Virus record (IMG/VR): IMGVR_UViG_3300033150_001583
Coordinates: 8,849 to 72,848 of that record
DNA: 64,000 bases
Reading direction: 5' to 3' (one strand)
Origin: a virus
The position numbers and the translations under genes are program-made. Shown in pieces: positions 1-8,472 of the stretch (its first letter is position 1; each line of letters opens with the position of its first letter). The notes under the pieces were generated by a model, which saw only the letters and a program-made list of their open reading frames with translations, was not told the DNA's origin and searched no databases.

Positions 1-1
1 T

Positions 2-1252
2 AAAAACACCCCCTCTAGTGATAATGATGAATGGAATTGGTCTTGGAACACTGATGCTGATGCAATAATAAATAAGTTGGGTTGGGCCGGATTGGCTAAG
101 GCGTGTGCTTGGTATGATCCTGATGGTGCAGAAGAAAAAGATGAAAATGGTTATCCCAAGGCTAAAAGTGCTTATGCTTTTCCTCATCACAAGCTAATTG
201 ATGGTGAGCTTACATTGGTTTGGGGTGGCGTAAGGGCAGCAATGCAGAGGTGTCTAGCATTGATGAATAGGAGTGATGTAAGTACTGATGTTGATTTAGA
301 TGGAGTCTATAATCATCTATCGAAGCATTATAAACACTTTAATAAGGAGGTTCCAGAAAAGTCGTCTAAAGCAAGCTTCTTTGATTATGATTATGAATCC
401 AAACTAAATGTTCAATTAAATAAGGAACTAGATGCTGATGATATGGAAGGAATTTATTTAGGTGCTTTAGATATGATTTTTGAAGATGCCAAGTTTGCTT
501 TGTTTAGAGAAGTTCCTTGGGGTAAAAAGACTATTACTTCTGAAGACATTGAGGATATGACCGCTTCACTAGATGTACTGGATGCTTTAAAGAGTAAGTT
601 GAAAAAATTAGTTGAAATTATGTGGACTCCATTTGTTGAAAAAGCGAATAAGAAAAAAGGAGGTAATGATAAAGTGGAACTAAAGGATGTTAAAGATTTT
701 TTGAATGAAGAGAATAGTATTTCTAAAGAAGAAGCTGAAATCTTAATTAAAGAAATTGCCTCGAAGTTTGGTTTTGACCTTGCTGAACTTGATGTTGAAA
801 AGGCATTAAAGGACAAAATTCAGACATTAGAGGATAAGATTGATAGTTTGAATCAGCAAATAAAGGATGCTCAAGCTGAAAAAGAAAAAATTGAAGCTGA
901 TAAGAAAAAGATTCAGAAAGATTTTGATGAGTATAAGAAGCAAGTTGAAGCTGAAAAGGAAGAAAGACGCAAGGATGAACTGGCAGAGAAGCGTATGGCT
1001 GAACTTGAGGAAGCTGGAATTAAGTTTTCTGAAGAACGTGCCAAGAAAGTGAAAGCAAGGATTCGCGAGATGTCTGATGAGGATTTCGCAGATTACAAGG
1101 AAGAGTTACAAGAAATTGCTGCTGTAAAGGCCGACAAAAATAAGGATGAAGATAAAGACCTCAAGAAAAGAATGGCGAGTTTGAATTTAGAAAGCAAGAA
1201 TAATGATGAATATAGCGATTATGAACTATTAGCTAATGAAATTTCTATATAG
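2..1252 (+). CDS. Capsid scaffolding / prohead-protease-associated protein, 5'-truncated by the window edge
   Basis: The frame is open from nt 2 (KNTPSSDNDEWNWSW...) into the 77..1252 ORF. Long acidic/basic coiled-coil C-terminus; sits immediately upstream of the decoration and major capsid genes. Confidence 0.6.
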   Translation, partial: KNTPSSDNDEWNWSWNTDADAIINKLGWAGLAKACAWYDPDGAEEKDENGYPKAKSAYAFPHHKLIDGELTLVWGGVRAAMQRCLALMNRSDVSTDVDLDGVYNHLSKHYKHFNKEVPEKSSKASFFDYDYESKLNVQLNKELDADDMEGIYLGALDMIFEDAKFALFREVPWGKKTITSEDIEDMTASLDVLDALKSKLKKLVEIMWTPFVEKANKKKGGNDKVELKDVKDFLNEENSISKEEAEILIKEIASKFGFDLAELDVEKALKDKIQTLEDKIDSLNQQIKDAQAEKEKIEADKKKIQKDFDEYKKQVEAEKEERRKDELAEKRMAELEEAGIKFSEERAKKVKARIREMSDEDFADYKEELQEIAAVKADKNKDEDKDLKKRMASLNLESKNNDEYSDYELLANEISI

Positions 1253-1314
1253 TTTAAAATTGGGCTTTGTTTGAATGATACTTGAAACTAATACATAAGG
1301 AGGTTAGAAAATAA

Positions 1315-1761
1315 ATGATTAAAGAAGTAACTCGTTTTGCAAAGACTTATGATTTTGCTAAGGCTCCCTCGCAAGATATGATTGCTGGTCGTTTAGTCAA
1401 ACTTGATGGTAATGGAAATGTTGCGTATGTTGAAGCTAGCGATACTGCTACGGATAAGAATGTAGTATTAGGTTTTCTTGGTCAAGATGTTATTGCGACT
1501 AATGTAAATACTCATATCCTTCCCTCGGTAAAACATTTTGCTCGTTATGGTGAACCTGTGACTGTGTATATTGGCAGAGATGATATTTTCATTACTGACC
1601 AAACTGCTGAAGATGTAACTGAAGGTGCTGTTTTATATGTTTCTGCTGAGGAAGGTAAAGAAGGCATGTTAGTTAAGACTAACCCTGGAACCAATGTTCC
1701 CGTGGCTATTGCTCTTGAAAGTGCTAGTGCTGGTGAAGAAGTTAAAGTTAAATTGCTTTAA
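1315..1761 (+). CDS. Capsid decoration/cement protein
   Basis: 148 aa with a strong AGGAGG RBS and beta-rich 'G.LV....G' patterns; lies between scaffold and MCP. Confidence 0.6.
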   Translation: MIKEVTRFAKTYDFAKAPSQDMIAGRLVKLDGNGNVAYVEASDTATDKNVVLGFLGQDVIATNVNTHILPSVKHFARYGEPVTVYIGRDDIFITDQTAEDVTEGAVLYVSAEEGKEGMLVKTNPGTNVPVAIALESASAGEEVKVKLL

Positions 1762-1792
1762 TTTTTGAGACTAATAAAGGAGGTAAAGACAA

Positions 1793-2668
1793 ATGAGTGA
1801 AGCTAAAAAACTTTCTGAAGCTAAGAGGATAGAACTCATTCAAAAAATACTTGAAGACGATAGTGCTCGTAGGGCTTTTGCTGCGAGTTTGAGTATACCT
1901 GTACAAAAGACTGTAGATGCCCAAGCTTCTGTAAGAAAAATTTTCGCGCAAGATAACTTACCCCCTGGTGCACTTGCTCAGTACCCCATTGACTTCCCTG
2001 ATGTACAGGCTTGGGTATTGCCGAGAATGGGTAGCATCCCTGTCCGCTTCGTAAGCGGAGATGAATTGATCGTAAATACTTTTGAAATTACTGCCGATGT
2101 CCAATATCGTACCTCGTATGCACGTGATGGTCGTTTTGATATTGCTCAAAGAGCTGCTAAGAAGCTTTCTAATGCTATCATTGAACAAGAAGAAGAATCT
2201 GGCTGGACTTTAATTAGGGCTGCCATTAGTGCTGACAATACTATTAGTGATGCTACGGAAGGTAACTATTTGAGTAAGCGTCTGATCAACTTGGCGATTG
2301 CTTATATGGAAGACCTTGGTTATAACGGTGATATTCTCTTCTGCTCGACTAATAGTGCTGCTGAGATTCGTGAGTGGGATAACACTCAGTTAGACGATAC
2401 TACTCGTAGGGAAGTATTCAAGCAAGGTGGAATGAAGTCGATTTGGGGAGTAACTATTGTTCCTCTCCGTAGATTGGGCGACGATGAGGCTTACCTATTT
2501 GACACTTCTCGCTTTGGTGTAATGCCGATTCGTCAGAAGCTGATGACTTTTGAAGATCCTGCTATTGCTTCGAAGTTACGCTTTGGTTTTATGGCTTATG
2601 AGGAAATTGGTTTTGGTGTACTGGATGATAAAGCTGTATGTAAGATTTCTATAGATAGGACGCCTTAA
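1793..2668 (+). CDS. Major capsid protein (HK97 fold)
   Basis: 291 aa, AAGGAGG RBS, head-module position; C-terminal 'FGFMAYEEIGFGVLDDKAVCKI' is typical of HK97-type MCPs. Confidence 0.8.
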   Translation: MSEAKKLSEAKRIELIQKILEDDSARRAFAASLSIPVQKTVDAQASVRKIFAQDNLPPGALAQYPIDFPDVQAWVLPRMGSIPVRFVSGDELIVNTFEITADVQYRTSYARDGRFDIAQRAAKKLSNAIIEQEEESGWTLIRAAISADNTISDATEGNYLSKRLINLAIAYMEDLGYNGDILFCSTNSAAEIREWDNTQLDDTTRREVFKQGGMKSIWGVTIVPLRRLGDDEAYLFDTSRFGVMPIRQKLMTFEDPAIASKLRFGFMAYEEIGFGVLDDKAVCKISIDRTP

Positions 2669-2700
2669 TCAGATAACTAGAAAATAAAGGAGTGGTATAG

Positions 2701-3177
2701 GTGCAGAAGTACATAAATAATGCTGAAGGTATTCTCTGGGTAGGGCGTACTAGATTGAAGCCTAAACAGGTGGTTGAACTTACTAAGGAATATTTTAAGA
2801 GTGATGCTGATTTAAAGGAAGCAAAAAGGGTCGCTGAAGATCCAGATAATAAATTGCTAATTCCCTATTCTCCGCCTGAGAAGGAGAAAGCTGAAAATGA
2901 GGTTTCTCCTTCTCAGGACAATCCTTCAAATGATGAACAAAATAACTTAAAAGTTCAACAACAGGACGATAAAGAGAAAAATGAAGTTGTTGAAGAAGAA
3001 GAAAAAGATTATTTCGATTTACATTGGAAGAAGTTTGAGAAAGAAATTAAAGAAATAAATGATATTGAAGCTTTAAAACAGTTGTTGACTGAAGCCAAAG
3101 AGATTGAAAAAGAAGGGATAAAGAAGGTGGATACTTATATAAGGATTTTGAATGAACAGATTAAAAAGTTATCTTAA
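2701..3177 (+). CDS. Hypothetical head-associated protein, acidic low-complexity middle
   Basis: GTG start with AAGGAG RBS; follows the MCP. Confidence 0.5.
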   Translation: MQKYINNAEGILWVGRTRLKPKQVVELTKEYFKSDADLKEAKRVAEDPDNKLLIPYSPPEKEKAENEVSPSQDNPSNDEQNNLKVQQQDDKEKNEVVEEEEKDYFDLHWKKFEKEIKEINDIEALKQLLTEAKEIEKEGIKKVDTYIRILNEQIKKLS

Positions 3178-3190
3178 AGAGTGATCTCTT

Positions 3191-3604
3191 ATGACTATTA
3201 CGGGTGTTTTAAACAAGTTAAGAAGAAGATTGGGTGATACAGATTCTAATAATTATGTTTTTACTGATTCTGAGTTGAAAGGGTACATTGGTGACAGTAT
3301 ACCCAGAGTTAAGAATTATTTATCTTCGTCTCTTGAGTATGATGAAAAAAACCAAACCCTCTCTAGAGAAGTTTCAAGTGAAGAAGCTGATCTTTTAGCA
3401 TTACAGGCTCATATTTTAGTAACGATAAGGATTAAATCTAGTGCTGATAGAGACAATTTTTCTATCAGGAAAGGTCGCTTACGTATTGATAATACTAAAC
3501 AGTCTTCTGATCATGCGGAGACTTTGAGTAGATTAGAGAAAGAAAAGAGAGAGTTAATTTGGGAGATGTGTTGCTCTAATTTGCAAGGTGTGAGGGTTGA
3601 ATAA
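3191..3604 (+). CDS. Head-tail connector/adaptor protein
   Basis: 137 aa; N-terminal 'LRRRLGDTD...FTDSEL..YI' is typical of adaptor proteins; neck-module position. Confidence 0.65.
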   Translation: MTITGVLNKLRRRLGDTDSNNYVFTDSELKGYIGDSIPRVKNYLSSSLEYDEKNQTLSREVSSEEADLLALQAHILVTIRIKSSADRDNFSIRKGRLRIDNTKQSSDHAETLSRLEKEKRELIWEMCCSNLQGVRVE

Positions 3605-3606
3605 TC

Positions 3607-4059
3607 ATGAGAGTTCCCGACCCGCAGAAAATTATAGAAAAAATCAGTGAGGTTAACCACATTTACACTGATGAAATTACTCTTCACTTTGTTACTGAAA
3701 TTGATTGTGATCAGTGTGGCTACGATCCTGTTCGTGGTGAGGGGTTGGATATTAATTGTCCTAAATGTGGTGGTAGTGGAAAGATTAAGGTAGATGACCC
3801 TATTACGATTGATGTTACTGTGGAAACTGAGGATGAAGCTGAACTTGAGTTTTTGGAAGCTGGGACTTTTTTAAAAGACCAATTATTTATAACCATTGAT
3901 AGACAAGAGTATGAAAATCACAATATTGATATAGAGAAGGTTGATTATTTTACCTTTCAAGGTGAAGACTATGTTTTGGTAGCTTATAGAAAGCAGTATT
4001 TACAAAATATCTTTTATGAAATTCGGTGTAAGCTGGAGAAGAAGACCGATGCCACGTAA
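3607..4059 (+). CDS. Head closure/stopper protein with CxxC...CxxC zinc motif
   Basis: CDQC and CPKC motifs; position after the adaptor. Confidence 0.55.
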   Translation: MRVPDPQKIIEKISEVNHIYTDEITLHFVTEIDCDQCGYDPVRGEGLDINCPKCGGSGKIKVDDPITIDVTVETEDEAELEFLEAGTFLKDQLFITIDRQEYENHNIDIEKVDYFTFQGEDYVLVAYRKQYLQNIFYEIRCKLEKKTDAT

Positions 4060-4750
4060 AAAACGGAGTTTTAAAGGAGAACTAAAAGTAAAATTGGGAT
4101 CTAGTTATAAGAAAACATACGATCATGTGCATGATTTTGCTTCTGCGTTTAGTAGTATTTCGTTATCTACAGTTATTTGGACTGCTGCTGCTCATTTGAG
4201 ACATAAAGTTTACGAAAATATACGTCGTGAACCTTTGGATTATGTGCGAACTGGTGGGTTTTTAAAGGCTGTTAGTGATGAGCGCGTTAAAAAGTTTAAA
4301 GTTAGTACTACTATTAAAGGAAAAAGAAGAATATTTACGTCTGGTGCTGGTTCTTTAGAAGTTTTAAATAAAGTTGTTCGTCCTAAAGAAACTGTTACTT
4401 TTGAAACTCCTAGTGGACAGCATAGAACTTTGTCTTTTAAGAAGGGCACGTTTCCAATCTGGATTATGGTTGAGTATGGTATTTTAAATAGGGGTGAGCA
4501 AGTTCCTAAAGAGTTCACTAAATATACTAAAAAGAAGACATCATTACCTTATCGTATGGTATTTGCGGGCTGGAATGTTAGCAATAATAAGCCAGTTATA
4601 TTCATGTCTAAGAATGTGCCTGTAAGTTATCCACATCACCCTGGCGTTAAAGGATCTGGAGCGTACAGGAGAGCCTTAAGAGAATTATATAAGGAAAGGT
4701 TTATAGAGAAATTAATTGATGAAACTATAGCAAGAAAATTAAAGGATTGA
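4049..4750 (+). CDS. Neck/tail completion protein (basic)
   Basis: Likely starts at the ATG of MPRKKRSF rather than 4016; synteny within the neck module. Confidence 0.45.
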   Translation: MPRKKRSFKGELKVKLGSSYKKTYDHVHDFASAFSSISLSTVIWTAAAHLRHKVYENIRREPLDYVRTGGFLKAVSDERVKKFKVSTTIKGKRRIFTSGAGSLEVLNKVVRPKETVTFETPSGQHRTLSFKKGTFPIWIMVEYGILNRGEQVPKEFTKYTKKKTSLPYRMVFAGWNVSNNKPVIFMSKNVPVSYPHHPGVKGSGAYRRALRELYKERFIEKLIDETIARKLKD

Positions 4751-5445
4751 TAGCTATGGAGCGGACTAGAAATGTAGAAAATTCTTTGTATTATGCTTTT
4801 TGTGAAAAATTTTCGCGGTTGAAAGAAAAAGATACATTACAAACTGATGATAATCAAGAATACAAATTTTCTTATTCTCCTCTGTCTCCCTTTCATGATG
4901 TAACCATCTACAAGAATGGAGTTTCCATTACTAGTGGATTTGTAATCAACTACAGAGATGGTATTTTAACTTTTGATTCTCCTAATTTACCCGAAGATGT
5001 TATTGAAGCTGATTATTATTATCAGTATGTTACTGTATTGTTATCTTTTCCAGATGATATAGAGAACAAATTGGTAGTTCCTTCTATTGTTATAGACAAT
5101 AATGAGAACACCAATAGACCTTTAGAACTTGGAACGAGAAAGCGTAGATATGAGAATTATGAATTCAATATCATTATATTTGGAAGGAGAGATGGTGAAA
5201 GAAAAGATCTTTGTGACATAGCAAAAGAAATTTTTCGCGGGGAAAAACCTCTCATTGATTTTAATCAAGCATTCCCTCTGAATCAAGATGGAACTTTAAA
5301 TACTGCTTTTAATAAAGAAGCACAGACTATTGGTTACTTGGATTTTGAAGACATTGTTGCTTATCCCGTTAGGACTGATGAACTTACTGATCCTAAACGT
5401 AAAGCCATAATGATTGAGGTAACTGTAGTTGATACAGTCCTCTAA
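4747..5445 (+). CDS. Tail terminator protein with an inserted small beta-sandwich domain
   Basis: Directly upstream of the major tail protein; insert 'VTIYKNG...GILTFDSP...VIEADY' resembles DUF2460-type domains. Confidence 0.55.
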   Translation: MIAMERTRNVENSLYYAFCEKFSRLKEKDTLQTDDNQEYKFSYSPLSPFHDVTIYKNGVSITSGFVINYRDGILTFDSPNLPEDVIEADYYYQYVTVLLSFPDDIENKLVVPSIVIDNNENTNRPLELGTRKRRYENYEFNIIIFGRRDGERKDLCDIAKEIFRGEKPLIDFNQAFPLNQDGTLNTAFNKEAQTIGYLDFEDIVAYPVRTDELTDPKRKAIMIEVTVVDTVL

Positions 5446-5472
5446 TCTTAGAAAAAAAGGAGGTTAGAATAG

Positions 5473-7038
5473 ATGGTTAAGCCTGCAAGAGTACATTATT
5501 CTGGTACTGGCGTATTTGTTGACGATATCGACATGGATCGTGTTCAGGCTGTCGGGTCTTCGAGTAGGTACAACGATGAAGACCTTAAAGAATTGGGTAG
5601 CCTGAAGATTACTGAAGTTGTCGATGATGTTGAAGATATGGAGCTTACTCTTGATACTAATGAATATGGTTCCAATAAAACGCTCGCCAGTTTTGCCAAT
5701 AAAGGCTTTGGCTTAAGGGTTTTTGCTGTTCCCGATGGTTCTAACCCTGGTAGTGCTCAAATTAAGGTTGAAGAAGGTTCGTTTATTGTAAATGGTGTGA
5801 GGATTCCGTTTGCTGGGACAACTGTTCCTATTACTCCGCCTACTGCCGAGGATGCTGCTGTTGTTTCTATTAACACTGATCCCAATAACTTAACAGTTAG
5901 TATTACATTTAATGATGTTGGTAGTGAAAATCCAACAACTCCACCTCCTTGCCCTGCTGGAGAGGTAGAACTTGCTCATTTGCTCCATGTAGGAACAGAT
6001 GGAGTTGTTACGCAAGATAATATTGTTGACAAGAGAAGTTGGGCTACTATTGATATCCTTGATTTTGAGCTTGCTAAGGCTGATGTTTACATACCTGTTA
6101 TTCCATCTGGGGCATCTGAAATTCAGCGGACTTCTTACATGGAAAACGTATTTGTTAACAGAATTGACTTGAATTACACGGTTGACGGCGTAGCAACAGA
6201 AAATTATGGAGCTGAAACTGATAATAAAGTTTGGTACTTTAATGATTCCAAACATATAGTAGTTGATCAGTTTGAAGCTACTGGAGGCGAAACTAGCTAC
6301 GTCTTAAGTCGAACACCTACTCAACTTAAGAATGGCAAATATATGTTAAGGGCAATTTTGAATGGTAATGAAATGGAAGAGGGCACTGATTTTACTGTTG
6401 ATGCTGGTACTAACACTGTTACGTTTAGTGGTGTAACTTTAAGTGCTGGAGATCAAGTTAAGTTTAGATATACTTCTGGTAGCGGTGGAGTATTTCATGA
6501 TGACTCTGATGAAATGGTCTCTCTTGCTTATGAACATCCTGGCGGTGTTAAGGGAGGACATATCAAGGTATATCTTACTGAAAATGGTGTTGATAATGAG
6601 TTACTCAGGGTGCAGAGCGTGAGGATTTCTGCTTCTCTCACTAGAGAAGCCTTGAGACAGCTTTCTACAGTTAGACCTTATGAAAGACCGCTTAATATTC
6701 CTGTTGAAATTACATGTTCATTAGAGTTCACTGATAGTGACCTTGAGGTGTTAGCAAGGTTAGCTGGAGAAACTTATGATGCTAACGAGGGTGTTACTGG
6801 TACTAATTCAATTGATATTGGAAAGATACTTAAGGATAGAGGACTACTCGTTGAAATATATAGATTACATGATGAGCAGCGTGCGGAATTACCTGAAAAT
6901 CACCCGTTCCAATATCCTTTGAAGAAAGTGAGGATTCCATATTTAATTCCTACTGATGAGAATATGGAAGCGAGAGTTGATGCTAATAATACGCAAACAT
7001 TTGATTTTAGATCGCATAGGTTGCAGATAACTGCTTAA
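5473..7038 (+). CDS. Major tail (tube) protein with inserted accessory domains
   Basis: 521 aa, AAGGAGG RBS; 'RVQSVRISASLTRE.LRQL' tube-protein pattern; precedes the chaperones and tape measure. Confidence 0.7.
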   Translation: MVKPARVHYSGTGVFVDDIDMDRVQAVGSSSRYNDEDLKELGSLKITEVVDDVEDMELTLDTNEYGSNKTLASFANKGFGLRVFAVPDGSNPGSAQIKVEEGSFIVNGVRIPFAGTTVPITPPTAEDAAVVSINTDPNNLTVSITFNDVGSENPTTPPPCPAGEVELAHLLHVGTDGVVTQDNIVDKRSWATIDILDFELAKADVYIPVIPSGASEIQRTSYMENVFVNRIDLNYTVDGVATENYGAETDNKVWYFNDSKHIVVDQFEATGGETSYVLSRTPTQLKNGKYMLRAILNGNEMEEGTDFTVDAGTNTVTFSGVTLSAGDQVKFRYTSGSGGVFHDDSDEMVSLAYEHPGGVKGGHIKVYLTENGVDNELLRVQSVRISASLTREALRQLSTVRPYERPLNIPVEITCSLEFTDSDLEVLARLAGETYDANEGVTGTNSIDIGKILKDRGLLVEIYRLHDEQRAELPENHPFQYPLKKVRIPYLIPTDENMEARVDANNTQTFDFRSHRLQITA

Positions 7039-7054
7039 TTTTGATTATGAACAA

Positions 7055-7354
7055 TTGAATAATGAAAAGGCATTGGAAAGGAGTTTGGTATTGATGGACT
7101 ATAGGAAGAGTGATCGAGACTTTTTGAAGGAGAAGGTAAAGAAGTCGATTACTAAGGTATTCGATGAGGGTTTGACTTTACTTGAGTTGAATACCGATGA
7201 AGATAAATTTAAAAAACTTCGTTCTCGCCTTCTCAGGGTCGGAAACGATCAAATCAGGTTTATGATGAGTGAACTTAATAAGTACATAGTCACTTATAAA
7301 CCTATTAAGGAAGAGAGAATTGTTATTAAAAGGGATGAAGGCGAGAGCGATTAA
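7055..7354 (+). CDS. Hypothetical phage protein
   Basis: 99 aa ORF with TTG start, followed by a terminator. Confidence 0.5.
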   Translation: MNNEKALERSLVLMDYRKSDRDFLKEKVKKSITKVFDEGLTLLELNTDEDKFKKLRSRLLRVGNDQIRFMMSELNKYIVTYKPIKEERIVIKRDEGESD

Positions 7355-7372
7355 AGCTCTCGCTTTTTGTTT
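7341..7372 (+). terminator. Rho-independent terminator
   Basis: Stem GCGAGAGC (7341-7348) / GCTCTCGC (7356-7363), 7-nt loop, followed by TTTTTGTTT. Confidence 0.85.
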
Positions 7373-7400
7373 ATAAATATGAAAATGGAGGGGTAAGAGA

Positions 7401-8123
7401 ATGGCAAAGGCTACTAAAAAGAAAGTTGATAAGAAGAAGGAGGAACAATTGAAGGAGGCTTTAGATACTACAATTAGTGGCACTAAAACTTTTGAAGTTG
7501 ATGGTTTTGGTACGGTAACTGTGCGTTTCCCGTCTATTGAAGAGAGCAGAATTGCTGATTATAAGTATACCCAAGCGTTAAACAAAGCTATGATGAGAGA
7601 CGGGTTGCCTACTACAGAGGAAATGGAAAAATTTTTGCGGGATAGAGGGATATGGACTGAAGAAGATGATAAGAAGCTAGAAGAATTACAAAAAGAAATG
7701 GACGATCAATTAATTGCTATTTCTAAGGTTAAATCAGATAAGGCAGCAGAGCCTTTCAGAAAAAGAATGGCTGAATTGCGTGAGGAAATAAATCAATTGA
7801 GGAGTAAGCGCAACTTTTATATGAATCAGACCGCCGAAAATAAAGCTGACGAGGAGCGCATTGGTTATCTTACTTGGGCTTGTAGTATTAATGCTGAGAC
7901 TGGCGAGAGGCTTTGGGACACTTTTGAAGATTTTAAAAACGAAAGAAATCAAAGAGCTGTCGGGCAAATTGCCTACCAGCTCTTATCTCTCATGGCTGGA
8001 ATAGATGATGAATTACTTGCCGACCTCCCCCAGGAGGAGGTCGCTGAGGCCACCCTGGGGGAGGGTGAAGGAGAGAAGAAAACTGAGAGAGATAGCGAAG
8101 GGGACGGGCCAAGCGGGAATTAG
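7401..8123 (+). CDS. Tail assembly chaperone (gpG-like)
   Basis: Lies between the tail tube and tape measure; GGAGGGG RBS; helical and charged. Confidence 0.7.
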   Translation: MAKATKKKVDKKKEEQLKEALDTTISGTKTFEVDGFGTVTVRFPSIEESRIADYKYTQALNKAMMRDGLPTTEEMEKFLRDRGIWTEEDDKKLEELQKEMDDQLIAISKVKSDKAAEPFRKRMAELREEINQLRSKRNFYMNQTAENKADEERIGYLTWACSINAETGERLWDTFEDFKNERNQRAVGQIAYQLLSLMAGIDDELLADLPQEEVAEATLGEGEGEKKTERDSEGDGPSGN

Positions 8124-8472
8124 ATGGAAGATGCATTGGAGGGCTTGTAAATCTACTGGCTCTCCCCTATTTGATGGCCCTGTCTCTGAGTGGGATGTTA
8201 ATAAGGTTCGTTTGGTGTATTGGAGTAGTCTTTATGATTCTGTTTATGAAAGTCCAGATAGACCGCCTCAATATATTATAGATGATAATAAACTTTTGGA
8301 TGAGTGGTTTGAAGCACAAACTGAGGAATTAGAAGAGCGGGCTGAAAAAAATTACCGCGAGAAATATAGACAAGGAAAAGCAACGAATATGCCTTCTGCT
8401 TATAATCATCAGACTGTTTTTACAATAAAACGTTCCTCCTCGAAAAAAAGCGTGGTGAAGAATAATGGCTAA
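8005..8472 (+). CDS. Tail assembly chaperone C-terminal extension (gpT-like), probably reached by recoding
   Basis: Overlaps the upstream chaperone by about 120 nt in the +1 frame and ends overlapping the TMP start; the protein-like part appears to begin near 'KLREIAK'. Confidence 0.55.
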   Translation: MMNYLPTSPRRRSLRPPWGRVKERRKLREIAKGTGQAGIRWKMHWRACKSTGSPLFDGPVSEWDVNKVRLVYWSSLYDSVYESPDRPPQYIIDDNKLLDEWFEAQTEELEERAEKNYREKYRQGKATNMPSAYNHQTVFTIKRSSSKKSVVKNNG

